NCBI RefSeq assembly: GCF_963921235.1
Contig: NC_086109.1
Location: forward strand, 23,314,001 to 23,378,000
Source: Mobula hypostoma
Taxonomy: Eukaryota
Reading direction: 5' to 3'
DNA: 64,000 bases
Shown: in pieces, positions 26,770 through 39,410 of the stretch
Layout of the letters: the number at the start of each line of letters is the position of its first letter
Position numbering within the stretch: position 1 is the stretch's first letter
The notes under the pieces: generated by a model
Database searches by the model: none
Told to the model about the DNA's origin: nothing
The model's input: only the letters and a program-made list of their open reading frames with translations
Made by a program: the position numbers and the translations under genes

Positions 26770-27322
26770 AAACACGAGGAAATCTGCAGATGCTGGAATT
26801 TCAAGCAACACACATAAAAGTTTCTGGTGAACGCAGCAGGCCAGGCAGCATCTCTAGGAAGAGGTACAGTTGACGTTTCGGGCCGAGACCCTTCGTCAGG
26901 ACTAACTGAAAGAAGAGCTAGTAAGAGATTTGAAAGTGGGAGGGGGAGGGGGAGATCCGAAATGATAGGAGAAGACAGGAGAGGGAGGGATGGAGCCAAG
27001 AGCTGGACAGGTGATTGGCAAAAGGGATACGAGAGGATCATGGGATAGGAGGCCCAGGGAGAAGGAAAAGGGGGAGGGGGGGAACCCAGAGGATGGGCAA
27101 GGGGTATAGTCAGAGGGACAGAGGGAGAAAAAGGAGAGAGAGAGAAAGAATGTGTGTATATAAATAAATAATGGATGGGGTACGAGGGGCAAGTGGGGCA
27201 TTAGCGGAAGTTTGAGAAGTCAATGTTCATGCCGGATGAACATTGACTTCTCAAACTTCCGCTAATGCCCCACTTGCCCCTCGTACCCCATCTGTTATTT
27301 ATTTATTTGTATACACACATTC
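26770..27322 (-). mobile_element. Young Penelope-like 3' fragment with fold-back 5' end
   Basis: Highly similar to 59470-59930; arms 27148-27230 and 27236-27322 are inverted copies. Confidence 0.9.
26868..26903 (-). ncRNA. Minimal type I hammerhead ribozyme motif (one helix I mismatch)
   Basis: AGUC CUGACGA A GGGU-CUCG-GCCC GAAA C GUC AACU. Confidence 0.7.
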
Positions 27323-27324
27323 CT

Positions 27325-27665
27325 TTTCACCCCAATTTGTCCACGCCAACCAAGGTGCCCTCCTGAGTGAGTCGGACTTGTCCACATACGGCCCATATCC
27401 TTCTAACATTTTCCTATTCAAGTACCACTCCAACTGTCTTTTAAAGGTCGTTACTGTACCTGCCTCAACGATTTCCTCTGGCAGTTTATTCCATATATAC
27501 ACAACTCTCTGTTTAAAGAAGTTGCCCCTCAGGTCCCCTTTAAATCATTCCCCTCTCACCTTACACTTCTGCCCTCTGGTTTTTGCTTCCCTCTCCCCAG
27601 GCAAAAGACTATGTACAATCACCCTGTCTATGCCCCTCATGACTTTATACACTGATGTAAGATTG
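27325..27665 (-). mobile_element. CR1 LINE 3' end
   Basis: WNKLPEEIVEAGTVTTFKRQLEWY. Confidence 0.8.
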
Positions 27666-28254
27666 TTTACTACTTTTTTGGAAACGCTCTTGTCTCCAAC
27701 AGAGGCTTGAGTTCATAATCCGAGCCTGCCCTCCACTGCAATATTGAGAGCATAGTGCACTGATCGATCTTTCAGAAGTGAGGCCACACCTGTTTGCTTG
27801 GCAGTGTACTTTGTATGACACCATTCATGAGGAGCAGGGTAGCCCTCACATATTTATGATGAACATATTACCATCAGTTAAAACCAATGAAACGTCATTC
27901 ATCTTGCTGATGATCATGGTGTGATCCCGCTGCTATTTTGACACCACTGCAACTGAACCACTGTGTGAAACGTTCAATATGCTCTAATGCAGACGGACTA
28001 ATTATTATTGTTGACAGTTTGAACCCTGATCTGGGAAAGATCAGCGTTGCATTTGTTGTGTTTATCTTCTTTGGAAAAGAGGAGACTGTGGGATATAAAC
28101 CTATAAAATATAGGTCATTGATAGCTTGGAGAAGCGAAGGACCTAATTCCCTTTAGAGAGCAGTTTCTATAACAGGAGGCCTAGGCTGCAGTTAACAGTA
28201 AAAGGCTTAAATGGGAATTGGGGAAAAATCACAGGTAGATAGGGTAATAAAGAG

Positions 28255-29020
28255 AACTTCTGCACACTGGCCTTTATAAATCAGCAGACTGAGTACAAGT
28301 TTTAAAATGTTATATTGAAGTCATATAAGAAGCTGGTGAGGTTGAATATGGAGTACTGTGTGCAGTTCTATGCACCTACTTCAGAACCGATACCAATAAG
28401 CTTGAAAGAGTGCAGACAAAATGTACAAGGATGCTGCTGGGACTTGAGGACCTGAGTTATAGGGGACGATTGAATAGGTTAGAGCTTTATTCCCTGGAGC
28501 ACTGGAGAATGAGGCGAGATATTGTATTGATAATATAGAGGTATATAAGACACTGCCCAGAAGAAGGCAATGGCAAACTGCTTATGTAGAAAAATTTGCC
28601 AAGAGCAATAATGGTCATGAAACTATGATTGCCTATGTCATATGACATGGCATATAATGATGGTGATGATGCACATTATGAGGGGTATAGATAGGGTGAG
28701 TGCTTGCAGGCTTTTCCCCCACTAGTTGGGTGAGACTAGAACTAGAGGTCATAGGTTCAGGGTGAAAGGTGAAATATTTAAGGAAAATCTGAGGGGAAAT
28801 TTCTTCACTCAAAAGGTGGTGTGAGTGTGTAACGAGCTGTCAGCACAAGTGGTGGATGTAGATTCCGTTGTAACATTTGAGAGAAGTTTGGATAGGTACA
28901 TGGATGAGATGGGTATAGAGGCCTGGTCTGGGAGCAGGGAAATTACACTAAGTATCAGACTAGTTCGGCATGGATGAGATGGGCCGAAGGGCCTGTTTCT
29001 GCACTGTAGTTTTCTATGAC
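28255..29020 (+). mobile_element. CR1 LINE 3' fragment with a nested short RTE-type insert (28547-28671)
   Basis: EYCVQF, KLERVQ, YRGRLNRLELYSLE motifs and CR1 3' UTR. Confidence 0.8.
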
Positions 29021-30331
29021 CCGAAATACTTTTACCCAATAAGTGACAGAGGTCTGAAAACAAGAAACATTGATTGTGTGCTGACAGTATCCGGCAGGAC
29101 ATTAGAAGCTGCTGTAACCTACAAGGCTGAAGAACAAGAAATGGGAGGTGGGATTTGGTGGATGGCTTTCTCCAGATGGCACAAAGATAAAGGGCCGATT
29201 GATGTCCTCTTCAGCCATACACTTTGAAGATTCTGTGAAACCTGCAAGCTTTGTTGCCTAATTGAGCGGACAGAGCAACAGCTCATTTGTGAGTTCATTA
29301 TTAATTCACTGGAATTCTTCCAGAATGAGCAATTTGACAACGGCCTAGACATTTTATTTTACACTTCTGTTGTTTCTGTGTGTGATAGCACGTTTGTGCA
29401 GGAGCTCTTAATGCACGCACTTATGGAGAAAAATGTACACAATTTCATGCTCTTCACTCACCACGGTGTCAATTGTGAGATTTAGGAAGATGAGAGAGAA
29501 GGGAGTAGGAATGTAAATGATTCAACAAATCTTGTAGCACAGGAGGGAAATCAGACAATGTCACATTGAACTACAGTAAATCTGGAGCATGGAATCAATG
29601 TGTTCTGTCCTTGGTTTCATTAATGTTCCAGCCAGAGCCCGCCACTCGATTTGACCTGAACCCATTAGCACATTTTTCTATTTATTTCTCCCTGAAGTGA
29701 TTATCTATCTTCTCCTAAAGGCATTTGCATTTCTCACTTCAATTATTCCATTTGATGGTACATTTCACATCAATCTCTGAGTGAAGAAGTCATTGAATTT
29801 ATGACTGACTTTCTTACATTTTTGGCCTCCCCAACAAATGGAGATATCTTTTCCGCATCCCACCTCGCCAAACCTGTTCATAATCTTTAATTCATCTGTC
29901 ACGTCACTCCTCTGGAACTGGTGTGCTTGAACCTCTCAGCTCTGCGATCTGTTTTCTGCAAATTCCCTTGTAGCTTTGTATCTTTCTTATACTGTGATGA
30001 CCAGAAAATTCTGCATCGTGGCAAATTTGACGTGTTTAGTATATCCATACCAGCTCCATTTTAAAAGAGATGAACTGTACTATATTTACTTTTTAAATAA
30101 TACTTTCAGCAGCCACTTTATTAGGCACTCCCGTACTGCTGCTAATGATCCCGGGACTGAAGGGCTTATCATATGAGGAGCATTTGCATTTGATGACTCT
30201 GGGCCTGAACTCAATGGAATTCAGAAGAAAGAGGGGGGAATCTCATAGACTCCCTATTAAATGTTGAAAGGCCTCAAAAGAGCAGATGTGGAGAAGCTGT
30301 TTCCTATGGTGGGGGAGTCTAAGACCAGAGG

Positions 30332-30905
30332 GTGGTCTTCAGGGTGCTGGATTTTCGTGGCTCTGGAGACAGGCTGGTTCGAGGACGGTGCTGCCGCCTG
30401 ATGTGTCGTGGGAGTACACGGAAGGTCGAAAGCAGTGAGCTGGCTGCTGACTATGTGCTCAGAGACCTGAGATTTTTGGGCACAGAGCTCAGAAAAAGCG
30501 ATGCAACAGACTTTTAACCCCATAAGTCGGCGAGTTGTTTTGTTATGTCTCCGCACTCGCTGTGAAATTGGGGACACCTTTTTTTCCCTTATAAGGGAGA
30601 GAGAGAGAGAGAGTCTGTGCTATGTCAAATACCATCTGAACGAGTAGTTTTTGGGGTACCGCAAGTCTGTGTCTTTATTGATGCTTTGCTGCACACTTAA
30701 GTGCTCGGTGGGGGGTGCCGATGCTTTTTTGCTGGTGGGGGGGGGGAGAGTCATTGCTTTGCTGCTGTTTATGCGTGGGAGGGGGGAGTTGGGGGATTTT
30801 CAGTCATTCTTTGTGGCACTTCTGTTTTCTGGATGTTCGTGAAGGAAAAGAATTTCAGGATGTGTTGTATACATTTCTCTGATATTAAATGTACCTATTG
30901 AACTT
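30332..30905 (+). mobile_element. Non-autonomous LINE-dependent element inserted in a CR1 3' end (30140-31035)
   Basis: GC-rich body, LINE-like tail gaatttcaggatgtgttgtatacatttctctgatattaaa; CR1 sequence on both sides. Confidence 0.55.
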
Positions 30906-31520
30906 ATTGATAGGGGGAGAAGACAGGACATTGGGGCTGAGTGGGAAATGGATTAGCCATGATGAAATGGTGGAGCATACTCGATTGGCCAAATGGCCTA
31001 ATTCTGTCCCTATATCTTATGATCTTATGGTCTTGTGCTCATTAGTACAAATATTAATCAGCCAATCATGTGCCACAAACGTACACTCAGTGGCCACTTT
31101 ATTAGGTAAAGGATAAATATACTTTTTAATAATATAATTAACCTACAAAGCCAGTTTCAGTCTTTCAAACGAAGTATGAAGATGAAACACAGTCTTGAAT
31201 TTCACTGGCAACCTTGCCTCATGCATTCCCAGCTCATGTTTAGTTCTACCTAGTTCCATTAGAAAAGCTTTGTTTTGTTTCTATTGGTAAAAGGTCACTG
31301 TGTTTACTTGGAAGGTGCTGGTGCAGAGTCTCTGTTTTCTGCTGATATTTCAAAGCGAACTTCATGCATCAGTCAACCTATTGTGACAGAAACTGGCTGT
31401 CAGACTGAGGGTGTTCCTGGAGGAACTGATAAAAGGCAAATTTCAAGAGATTATTTTAATGCCTCGGAATACATTTGGAGCCATCAATGATCAACAAATA
31501 ATGCTCCGGATCTTCCTTGG

Positions 31521-31762
31521 TGTTATGTTTCATTACTCCAAAACATAAAGATGATTTTAAAAAACAGACGGAAGCCCGGAGATAACTTGTCTAGTTTTGT
31601 TTTTACTTTAAGCGAGGCACGCATGTTATGGCATGGTGGCGTAATGATGAATGTAACTTACGTACTGTTACATGTAACCCATGATAAATTATTTAAACAA
31701 AGAATGCTTAATCAAACAACATATTTACAATATTAAATTACTCAAACATTAAATACACAGCA
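31521..31762 (-). repeat. 3' LTR of the Gypsy element
   Basis: TGTTATG...CA, adjacent PPT, similar to 38218-38429. Confidence 0.85.
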
Positions 31763-33211
31763 CTCCTCCCTATTTAGTTCTAAACAACTCAATATAGAAT
31801 ATACCATATAATGTAACTGCTATATAGATATCCACAGCACAGTAAATTTTAAATTGTTAAATTGTCCCATTCAGGCCTAAAGATTTAATCACAATGGAGG
31901 CATTTTTACTCTTGTGGCATAAGGTCTTTACTGATAAAGGGGATCACTCTGCTTGGCAGGTGAGACTTGTGGCTGTGAACCAATCTCAGATTCTAAGGCC
32001 TATGAACCAATCACAGGTTCTAGGGCCTCTTCCCTGGTGGTCATAGGAGTTGACTCTGGGACTGTAGGAAGTGGTTCTGACGGTTTGGGCCACCTTTCTT
32101 GTCTAGCAATTGTCTATGCTCTCCTCAACTGATTGATGTGTCATCTCCAGATGATATCAGATGCAATCTCCACTGTGTAGGAGAGAGGATCAGTTCCGTC
32201 CTTAATCATTCTGAGTACTCACTTTTAATCACCTCTGTCATCCTTTGCTAGGACTGCTTTCCCAAGAGTGAAACATTGGACCTCCTTGTTTGAGGTACCC
32301 TCTATTTGTCTCAGCTGTTTTTCCGGCAAATTTGTTCTGAGATTGGGTTTGAGGAGGTCCGAGAATGAGTGCAAGGGATGACCTAGGAACAGCATAGCTG
32401 GTGAGTTGTTGGTTGTGGAGTGTGCTGCAGTATGATATGCAAGGAGGAAATTGGTGAGTTTCTGGTTCAGTGTTAGTGTAGTGTGTTCTGCTGACATTAC
32501 TTGCAGTGCATTCTTTAGTCTCTGGGCAAACCTTTCCGCCAAGCCATTGGTAACTGGGTGGTGCAGTGCAGATGTAATATGTCTTATTCCATTACTTTAT
32601 AGGAATGACTGAAAAATTTCTGCTTAAGCTGTGGTCCATTGTCACTAAGTGTTCTGGAACACAGTCCTTTCAAAGAGGCTTCTTAACACATCAATAGCAT
32701 GCGAAGCTGTAGTGGAGACCACTGGGAGCACTTCTGGCCAATTCGTGGCTGCATCCACTACTACTCAGAAAATTGTACACCTGAATGGTCCAGCAAGATC
32801 CACATGCGTCCTCTGCCAGGGCAATGCAGGCTATTCGCAGGGGTGAAGAGGCACTGATGTTGGCATCTTCTGGACATATTGGCGTCCTGAACAGTGCATG
32901 GCGAGCTGCTCAGTCTGCTGATCTATCTCAGGCCACCAGACAAAGCTTCAAGCCAACACTTTCATTTTGACCGTACCTAGATGACCAGCATTTGGCTTTC
33001 CCAACACTCTAGCTCTCAGCTTGGATGGCACAGCAACTCTCAATTCCCACATAAGGCAACCTCTGTCAAGGGCACGTTCATCCCGGCACTGGTAAAAATG
33101 GGGGAACTGGAGGTTCTGCTGCACATTCCAGCCATTTTGAGTTGTCATGTAGACCTGAGACAGTGTGGGATCTTTTCTAGTGTCCCTTTGGATCATCTCC
33201 GCATTAATAGG

Positions 33212-33885
33212 TAGGAGAAGATGGCGGTGCGATGCAACGCGCGCGACCACTTCGGTGATGTCTGTTATCTGTCAAGTCGGGTGCCGTGCACAATCCTGAT
33301 TTGATGGAGACAGACGTGAGAGTGCGGAGGAACATCTGGAGAAAATACTGAAATGCCCGCTTCGCTGCCGCTGCTACTGTGTGGACCAGAATCTCCGGAG
33401 GGGAAGGCCCCGAGACCTCAGCTTTGCTTGCTTCGGCGGCCGGGGCGGCGTCGAAGGTGCTCGGTAGAGGATGGCGCTCGGGAGGCTGTGTCGGAGGGGC
33501 TGGTCGGAGGCCCGAAGTTTTCGGACGGACTCAGAGTCGGCTGTTGTCGGGTGCTTCCAATGCATCGGCAGTTGTCGGTGCCTGGAGGTTTATGGCAGGG
33601 AGAGTCTCTCCTTTTTGACGCCTGGTATTGGGGACTATCGGGAGTCAATCGGGACTTTGAGACTTTTTTTTACCGTGCCCATGGTCTGCTCTTCATCAAA
33701 TTAGAGTATTGCTTTGCACTGTTGTAACTATATGTTATAATTATGTGGTTTTGTCAGTGTTAGTCTTTGGGTTGACCTGTTTTTTTGTGATATCACTCTG
33801 GAGGAACATTGTATCATTTCTTAATGCATGCATTTCTAAATGACAATAAACGAGGACTGAGTGTCCTCATAATCTGAAAAAAAAA
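33212..33885 (+). mobile_element. Young CpG-rich non-autonomous retroposon inserted in Gypsy pol
   Basis: Interrupts QIKSLP/INAEM; starts AAGATGGCGG; ends AATAAA, hairpin GAGGAC-tgagt-GTCCTC, short A tract. Confidence 0.75.
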
Positions 33886-35270
33886 GGGAGACTTTTGATT
33901 TGCACTAGAGAGAATAAGTCAAGAGGAGTGCCCTCTTTTTAATTTTTTCAGGTATTTCCTTCCTCAAAGGTAAATGGGACAATCTATCAGCATTCCCATG
34001 ATTAGCCACCTTCTTGAATTCGATATGGTAATTGTGTTCTCCAAGAAAAAAAGCCTATCTCTGTATACGTGCTTCTGCTGTTAGTAGCAAACCCTTCTGC
34101 GGATTGAAAATGGACACTAGTGGTTGATGATCAGTAACAAGGGTAAACTCTCCCCCATACAAGAACTGGTTGAAACATTTTCCATCCTAAACCAGACTCA
34201 AGGCCTCTCCGAGAATCTGTGCGTAATTTTTCTCTGCATTGTTAAGGACTGTGATGCAAAGGCTGTGGGGTGTTCACTTCCATCACTCATAGCATGTGAC
34301 ATGACTGCACCTATACCATAGGCAAGGTGTCACAGGCAGACAATGTGGATCATAATATGTTAGTACAGTTTTGGATGTCTCCATTTCATTTGCCTTTTTG
34401 AAAGCTACCTCACACTGCGTTCTCCATTGCCATTTCTTCACTTGGAGCACAGTAGCCAACTTTGGCAGCAACCTGATAGTAATTGACAAATCCTAAAAAT
34501 AACCACAACTGTGACATGCCCTTTGGTCCTGAGGCATCCAACACTGCTTGAATTTTCTCAGCATATGTGGGTAATCTCTGTGCATTGATGGTGTGACAAC
34601 AGTAAAAGATGCTTGGTTTAAAGAATTCACACTTGTTGCATTATGCACTGAGCCCATAATCTTCTAATTATTTTAACAGTGTTTTGAGACTTTGTAGATG
34701 TTTTGTGACATCGTCACCGGTAACAATAATGTTATGCAAATACCACTGGGCACCCTTGCAGCAGTGGGTCCATGGCTTTCTGCCAAAGTGCAGGTGCAGA
34801 TGCTACTTCAAAAATAATCCTATAATAACAATAAGAGCCCTTTGTGAGTGTTTATGGTGAGAAACACTTTAGACCATTCTTCCATCCCCATCTATAGGTC
34901 AGCCTCAGCTATGTCCACTTTGCTGAAGTACTTTCCTCCAGAAAGGTTTGCAAAGATATCCTCTATCTTGGGTAAGGGGCATTGATCTACTTTCATGCTG
35001 GATTGATGGTGACCTTAAAATCATCTCAGATCCTGACCGAACTTTTCTTCTTCTCTACTGGGACCACTGGTGTTGCTCCTGGGCTCCAATCAACCTCGGA
35101 AAGAATTCCTTAGATCTCCATGTGATCGAGCTCACTGGCTACTTTCTCAAGGATGAAAAAAAGGAAACTGACCGGATTTACAAAACTTGGGTGTGGCATT
35201 TTCATTTTATCCTTGATATGTTTCAGTTTTCCAATGCTATCCTTGACCACTGCTGTGACATCATCCATCA

Positions 35271-36675
35271 TCATCATCATCATCATCAGATGCCCATTTT
35301 CAGCTTTGACTGCCATGGCCCACACACTCCTGTTTCAGGTCAAGTGGATTAATTCATTGGTATTCATTTCCAGTTCTCTGGCTGCTGTCTCCATCATCAT
35401 TTGTCTTTGTCTTCCTCTTGCTTTCTTCTCTTCAATCTTTCCCATAATTACCGTGCATTCTAACTCCTCTTTCCTAATCACATGTCCAATGAAGTTACGT
35501 TGCCTTTTCATGATCTCATACATTATTTCTCTTTCTGAGTTTGCTCTGTTCATGACATCCTCGTTAGATATTCGTTTTGTCCATGATATTCTTTGCATCC
35601 TACTCAAAAACCACATCACTGCTGCTACAATTCATTTCCTCATCTTACGAGATATTTTCCAACATTCTGAGCCATATAACATAACTGGATAAATGTAATA
35701 TTTCAGTACTCTGAGGCGGGTTGTCATGCCTAGTTTAGTATTGGTGAGTATACTCTTCATTCTCGTAAAGGTGTCGTTTGCCATCCCTATTCTTCTTTTG
35801 ATGTCCATGTCACACCTGCCATCTGATGTCACCCAGCTTCCTCAGTAGCAAAAGTTCTGTACTTGTTTTATGTCTTCCCCATTTATTCTCAGCCTGCAGA
35901 TAGGATTTTCCTTCTTTTTGGCTATCACCATACATTCCGTCTTTTTGCAATTGATAGATAGATCCATTTTTGCACTTTCTTCAATAATTATATCAATTAA
36001 GTTTTGTAGTTCTTCCTCCGTACTTGCAATTAACACAGTCTCATCTGCATATCTGAAATTATTGATGTTTTCACCACCAACTTTGATTCCCAAGATGTCT
36101 CTTATTTTTTGTAATATTGTTTCACTGTATACATTAAATAAATCAGGGGAGAGAACATACCCTTGACTAACGCCTCTCTTGATTTTCGTAAACTGATTCA
36201 CTTCTCCATCTATTCTTACAGTGGCAGTTTGTTCCCAGTACAGATTACAGAGGTCTTTCGAATCTAGATCTAAAGTTTTCTGTAATATTTCAAATAACTT
36301 ATTGTGCTTTACTTTATCAAATGCTTTTGTGTAGTTGATAAAACAAACAAACATATCTTTTTGCACTTGAATAGCTCGTTCTGATAGTACCTTTAACATC
36401 AATACAGTAATGCGTTTCTTGTACCTTTGTCTCTCACAAAACCACATTGTTCTTTACCTATTTCAGCTTGTATCTTACTTTTAGCTCTTGTCATCAAAAT
36501 TCTTAGAAGTATCTTGAAGATTATGGAATTGAAAAACTTACTGATTTGATCAATGACATTTATGAGACTGGAATAATACCAGAAGAGATGAAAAAAATCA
36601 GTATTTATCACTTTTCCTAAGAAACCTGGAGCAATAGAATGTGAATTACATAGGACCATAAGTTTAATGAGTCAT
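35271..36675 (-). mobile_element. RTE-clade LINE with 5' inversion, inserted in Gypsy
   Basis: FINYTKAFDKV, GVSQGYVLSPDLFN, NFRYADE; (ATG)n tail; TSD atcatccatca at 35260-35270 and 36676-36686; 36516-36675 is inverted. Confidence 0.92.
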
Positions 36676-37051
36676 ATCATCCATCACTTTTCTTAATTCA
36701 CTTTCAGTGGACTCTATTGCTAGGGATCTGGAATGCAAATGGTGGATGAATCTCCAATTAAGCTGTAGTTGTCTAAGCAGCTCACATCCCCACAATGCTG
36801 TCCCTTCTGTTTTTACCACCTGTAAGCACAATGTGGCTTGTTGCTTGTTGTATTTCACTGTTACAAATTTCATTCCCACAGGAGTTACCTTCTCTTCAGT
36901 TTGAGCTCTTAATTGGGTATCTGCACACTTCACTTTAGTATTTTGAAATACCATTTAAATTCATTTTTTGGAATGACGGGAACAGCTGAGCCAGTGTCCA
37001 ATTCCATTTTAAGTAATTTTCTGTTCACTTCTAGCGTAAGCCATATTACTT

Positions 37052-37177
37052 GTCCTGAAGAAGGGCAAGTTGTTGACTGTTTATTCATTTCCATAGATGC
37101 TGCCTGACCTGGTGAGTTCCTTCAGCAACTTGTGCATGTTGCTTTGGATTTCCAGCATCTGCAGACTTCCTCGTATT
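37052..37177 (+). mobile_element. 126-bp Penelope-derived insertion in Gypsy
   Basis: Starts gtcctgaagaaggg; TSD tattactt/tattgctt at 37044-37051 and 37178-37185. Confidence 0.8.
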
Positions 37178-38217
37178 TATTGCTTATCTACTGTTAGTTT
37201 TCACATGTAAATTTCAAGGCTACACAGTCCTGTGTCACTCTCATCATCAACAGATTTTTCATCAACAACATGCAGATTAGTGCTCTTTTTGAAACTACAA
37301 CTTGACTTTTTACCCTTTTCACTTTCCTGTCCAGTTTATTTATTTTTGTCAGCCTCACATACTTTTTGCATTGTCCTCCTTTGTTGCATTTTTTGCAAGT
37401 TTCCTCTTTAAATCTCCATTGGTCTGGTGTATGTGAACCGCTGCCACAATGGTAACACAATTTGTTCAGCAGGGCAGGTTTCTGCCTAGACTTTGCAATT
37501 TTGTTCATGCTCTCATTCCTGACTGCAACTCAACTGCATCTCTGTATGCCGTTTCCATTGATACAGCAATTTCAACTGCTCTTTTAAATGTGAGCTGTGC
37601 TTCAGTTAGAAGCTGTTTTTCAATGTTTTCTTGTAAAATATCACAACTAAACAATCTGTCAATGGATCATTAAGCCCATTATTGAACTGACAATGCTCAG
37701 ACAATCTCTTCAGCCACAAATGCTGAAATGGACTTCCCTTCCTTTTGATTCCACTTATGAAACCTAAAGCATTCTGTTATTAACAATGGTTTTGGTCCTA
37801 AATGTTCCCCTATTTTACGACATCAGCAAAGCTTATTTTGGCTACTTTGGTTGGAGCAGTTAAACTACTAAGCAAACTGTATGTCTTTAAACCAAATGCA
37901 CTAAGCAAAACTGACACCCACTTCTCATCCACTATTCCATTTGCTTTAAAAAACTGCTCAATTGCTCAGTATACGCTATCCAGTTGTTTCTTGTGCAATC
38001 AAACACATCTATCTTTCTGATGTAGCCAACCACTTCTGCTTCTGTTTTATTTATGAACCTGTGAATTTGTCTATTTCCTGCCCTTTTTATAAACTCAAGC
38101 ATTTTTTCCTCTTGCAATGAAAGCAAGCTGTGCTATTTTTATTAACTTGAATGTCTAGCTGTGCTTCGACAGGTAAATAGTCTACCCGGGTTTGATTAAA
38201 ACTTTTTTTATCACCAC

Positions 38218-38429
38218 TGTTATGTTTTGTAATTCCAAAACATAAAAATAATTTAAAGAAAAAGATGGGAGCCCAGTTATGTGTCTAGTTTAGTTTATAC
38301 TTTAAGTGAGGCGTGTGCCTATGACGTAGTGGTGTAATGACTTGTGCCATTAACTATTTTTACATATAACCCATAATGAATTATTTAAACAAATGAAGAA
38401 TGCTTAATCTTACAATATTACTTATATCA
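38218..38429 (-). repeat. 5' LTR of the Gypsy element (diverged, partly deleted)
   Basis: Similar to 31521-31762; PBS-like sequence adjacent. Confidence 0.8.
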
Positions 38430-39139
38430 CTGCTTTCATTTTCTGTTCCTCTCTCCTCTCCCAGATAGAGATACCTTTGCCCAATCTATAGATGAGGCTG
38501 TGAAGGAAACCTTTACAATTCTTTCTTCATTTTGTATCCAAAAACAGGGTTTCTAGCATGAATCAGTAGTAGAACTCCTGGAGGATTCCCACCTCCACCT
38601 GTATTACCTTAGAAGGCAGGTTGGGCTAAACTGTGCATACTTTATAGCTACTGCCCATACACAGCTCTACTAATAGCCACAAATGAGGATTGTACTTGGG
38701 CACTTTCCAGTCCATACAATTCAGTAAACATTCATTACAGAAAAATCCATTCAATATGAAGTGCATTGAGATGCTTCCAAGCCACAGTCAATTTGATTTT
38801 TATGTACTATTTAATATGCTCGCAGGAAGAATGGAATTGCAGATTAATAATTCGTTTCGATAGAGCAGGCTGTTTGGGTGCAACCCAAGCATGGAATCAG
38901 GCCATAACAAAGACATACCCTGCACAGTCAACCCTGCAAGGCCCTATTCAAGGGCATCCAGAGGCGGGAGAAAAAAATTGACAGGCATGTCAGATTAGTC
39001 AGTAGCCTAGCACAGTTGTATTCACATCATCCAGCAGTCATGAAGGAATGGGCAAAATCCCTCTATTTTGCCAGTATCTCTCGAAGTGGCGACCTTCACC
39101 AATCCAGAAGGTCTGCCTGTCTGTCTATGTATCTATCTA

Positions 39140-39410
39140 TTTATTTATTTATTTAGATACAGAATGGATTCGAGCTGCACCGCCCAGCAATTCCTTGATT
39201 TAACCCTAGCCTAATCATGGGACAAACTACAATGACCAATTAACCTGCCAGCCGGGTATATTTTTGGCTTCTGGGAGGAAACCGGAGCAACCGGAGGAAA
39301 CCCACATGGTCACGGGGAGAACGTACAGACACCTTACAGGCAGCATCAGGAACTGAAGGCAGGTCGCTGGTCCTGTAAAGTATTGTGCTAACCATTACTC
39401 TACCATGCTG
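39140..39410 (-). mobile_element. tRNA-derived HE1/V-SINE-like SINE
   Basis: Core gtacgttctccccgtgacc...gggtttcctccggttgctccggtttcctccca and (AAAT)n tail; other copies at about 41195-41395(+), 41678-41920(+), 42640-42870(-), 56560-56700(-), 62520-62665(+). Confidence 0.8.

Larger units (their letters stand above)
31521..38429 (-). mobile_element. Full-length but decayed Gypsy/Ty3 LTR retrotransposon (gag-PR-RT-RH-IN) with three nested insertions
   Basis: Two related LTRs, PPT AGGGAGGAG (31771-31763), PBS-like TGGTGA next to the 5' LTR, gag knuckle CYHCGSGSH, LDTGSAV protease, RT (PVVPV...DFKVTIN), integrase AERFAQ...FLLAYH. Confidence 0.9.

Noticed and set aside
33353..33727. Multiple overlapping ORFs
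   Set aside because: Stop-poor GC-rich retroposon; no protein motifs.
38905..39120. Open plus-strand frame PCKALFKGIQRREKK...
   Set aside because: No start codon near its 5' end, no convincing splice sites, and no recognised homology.
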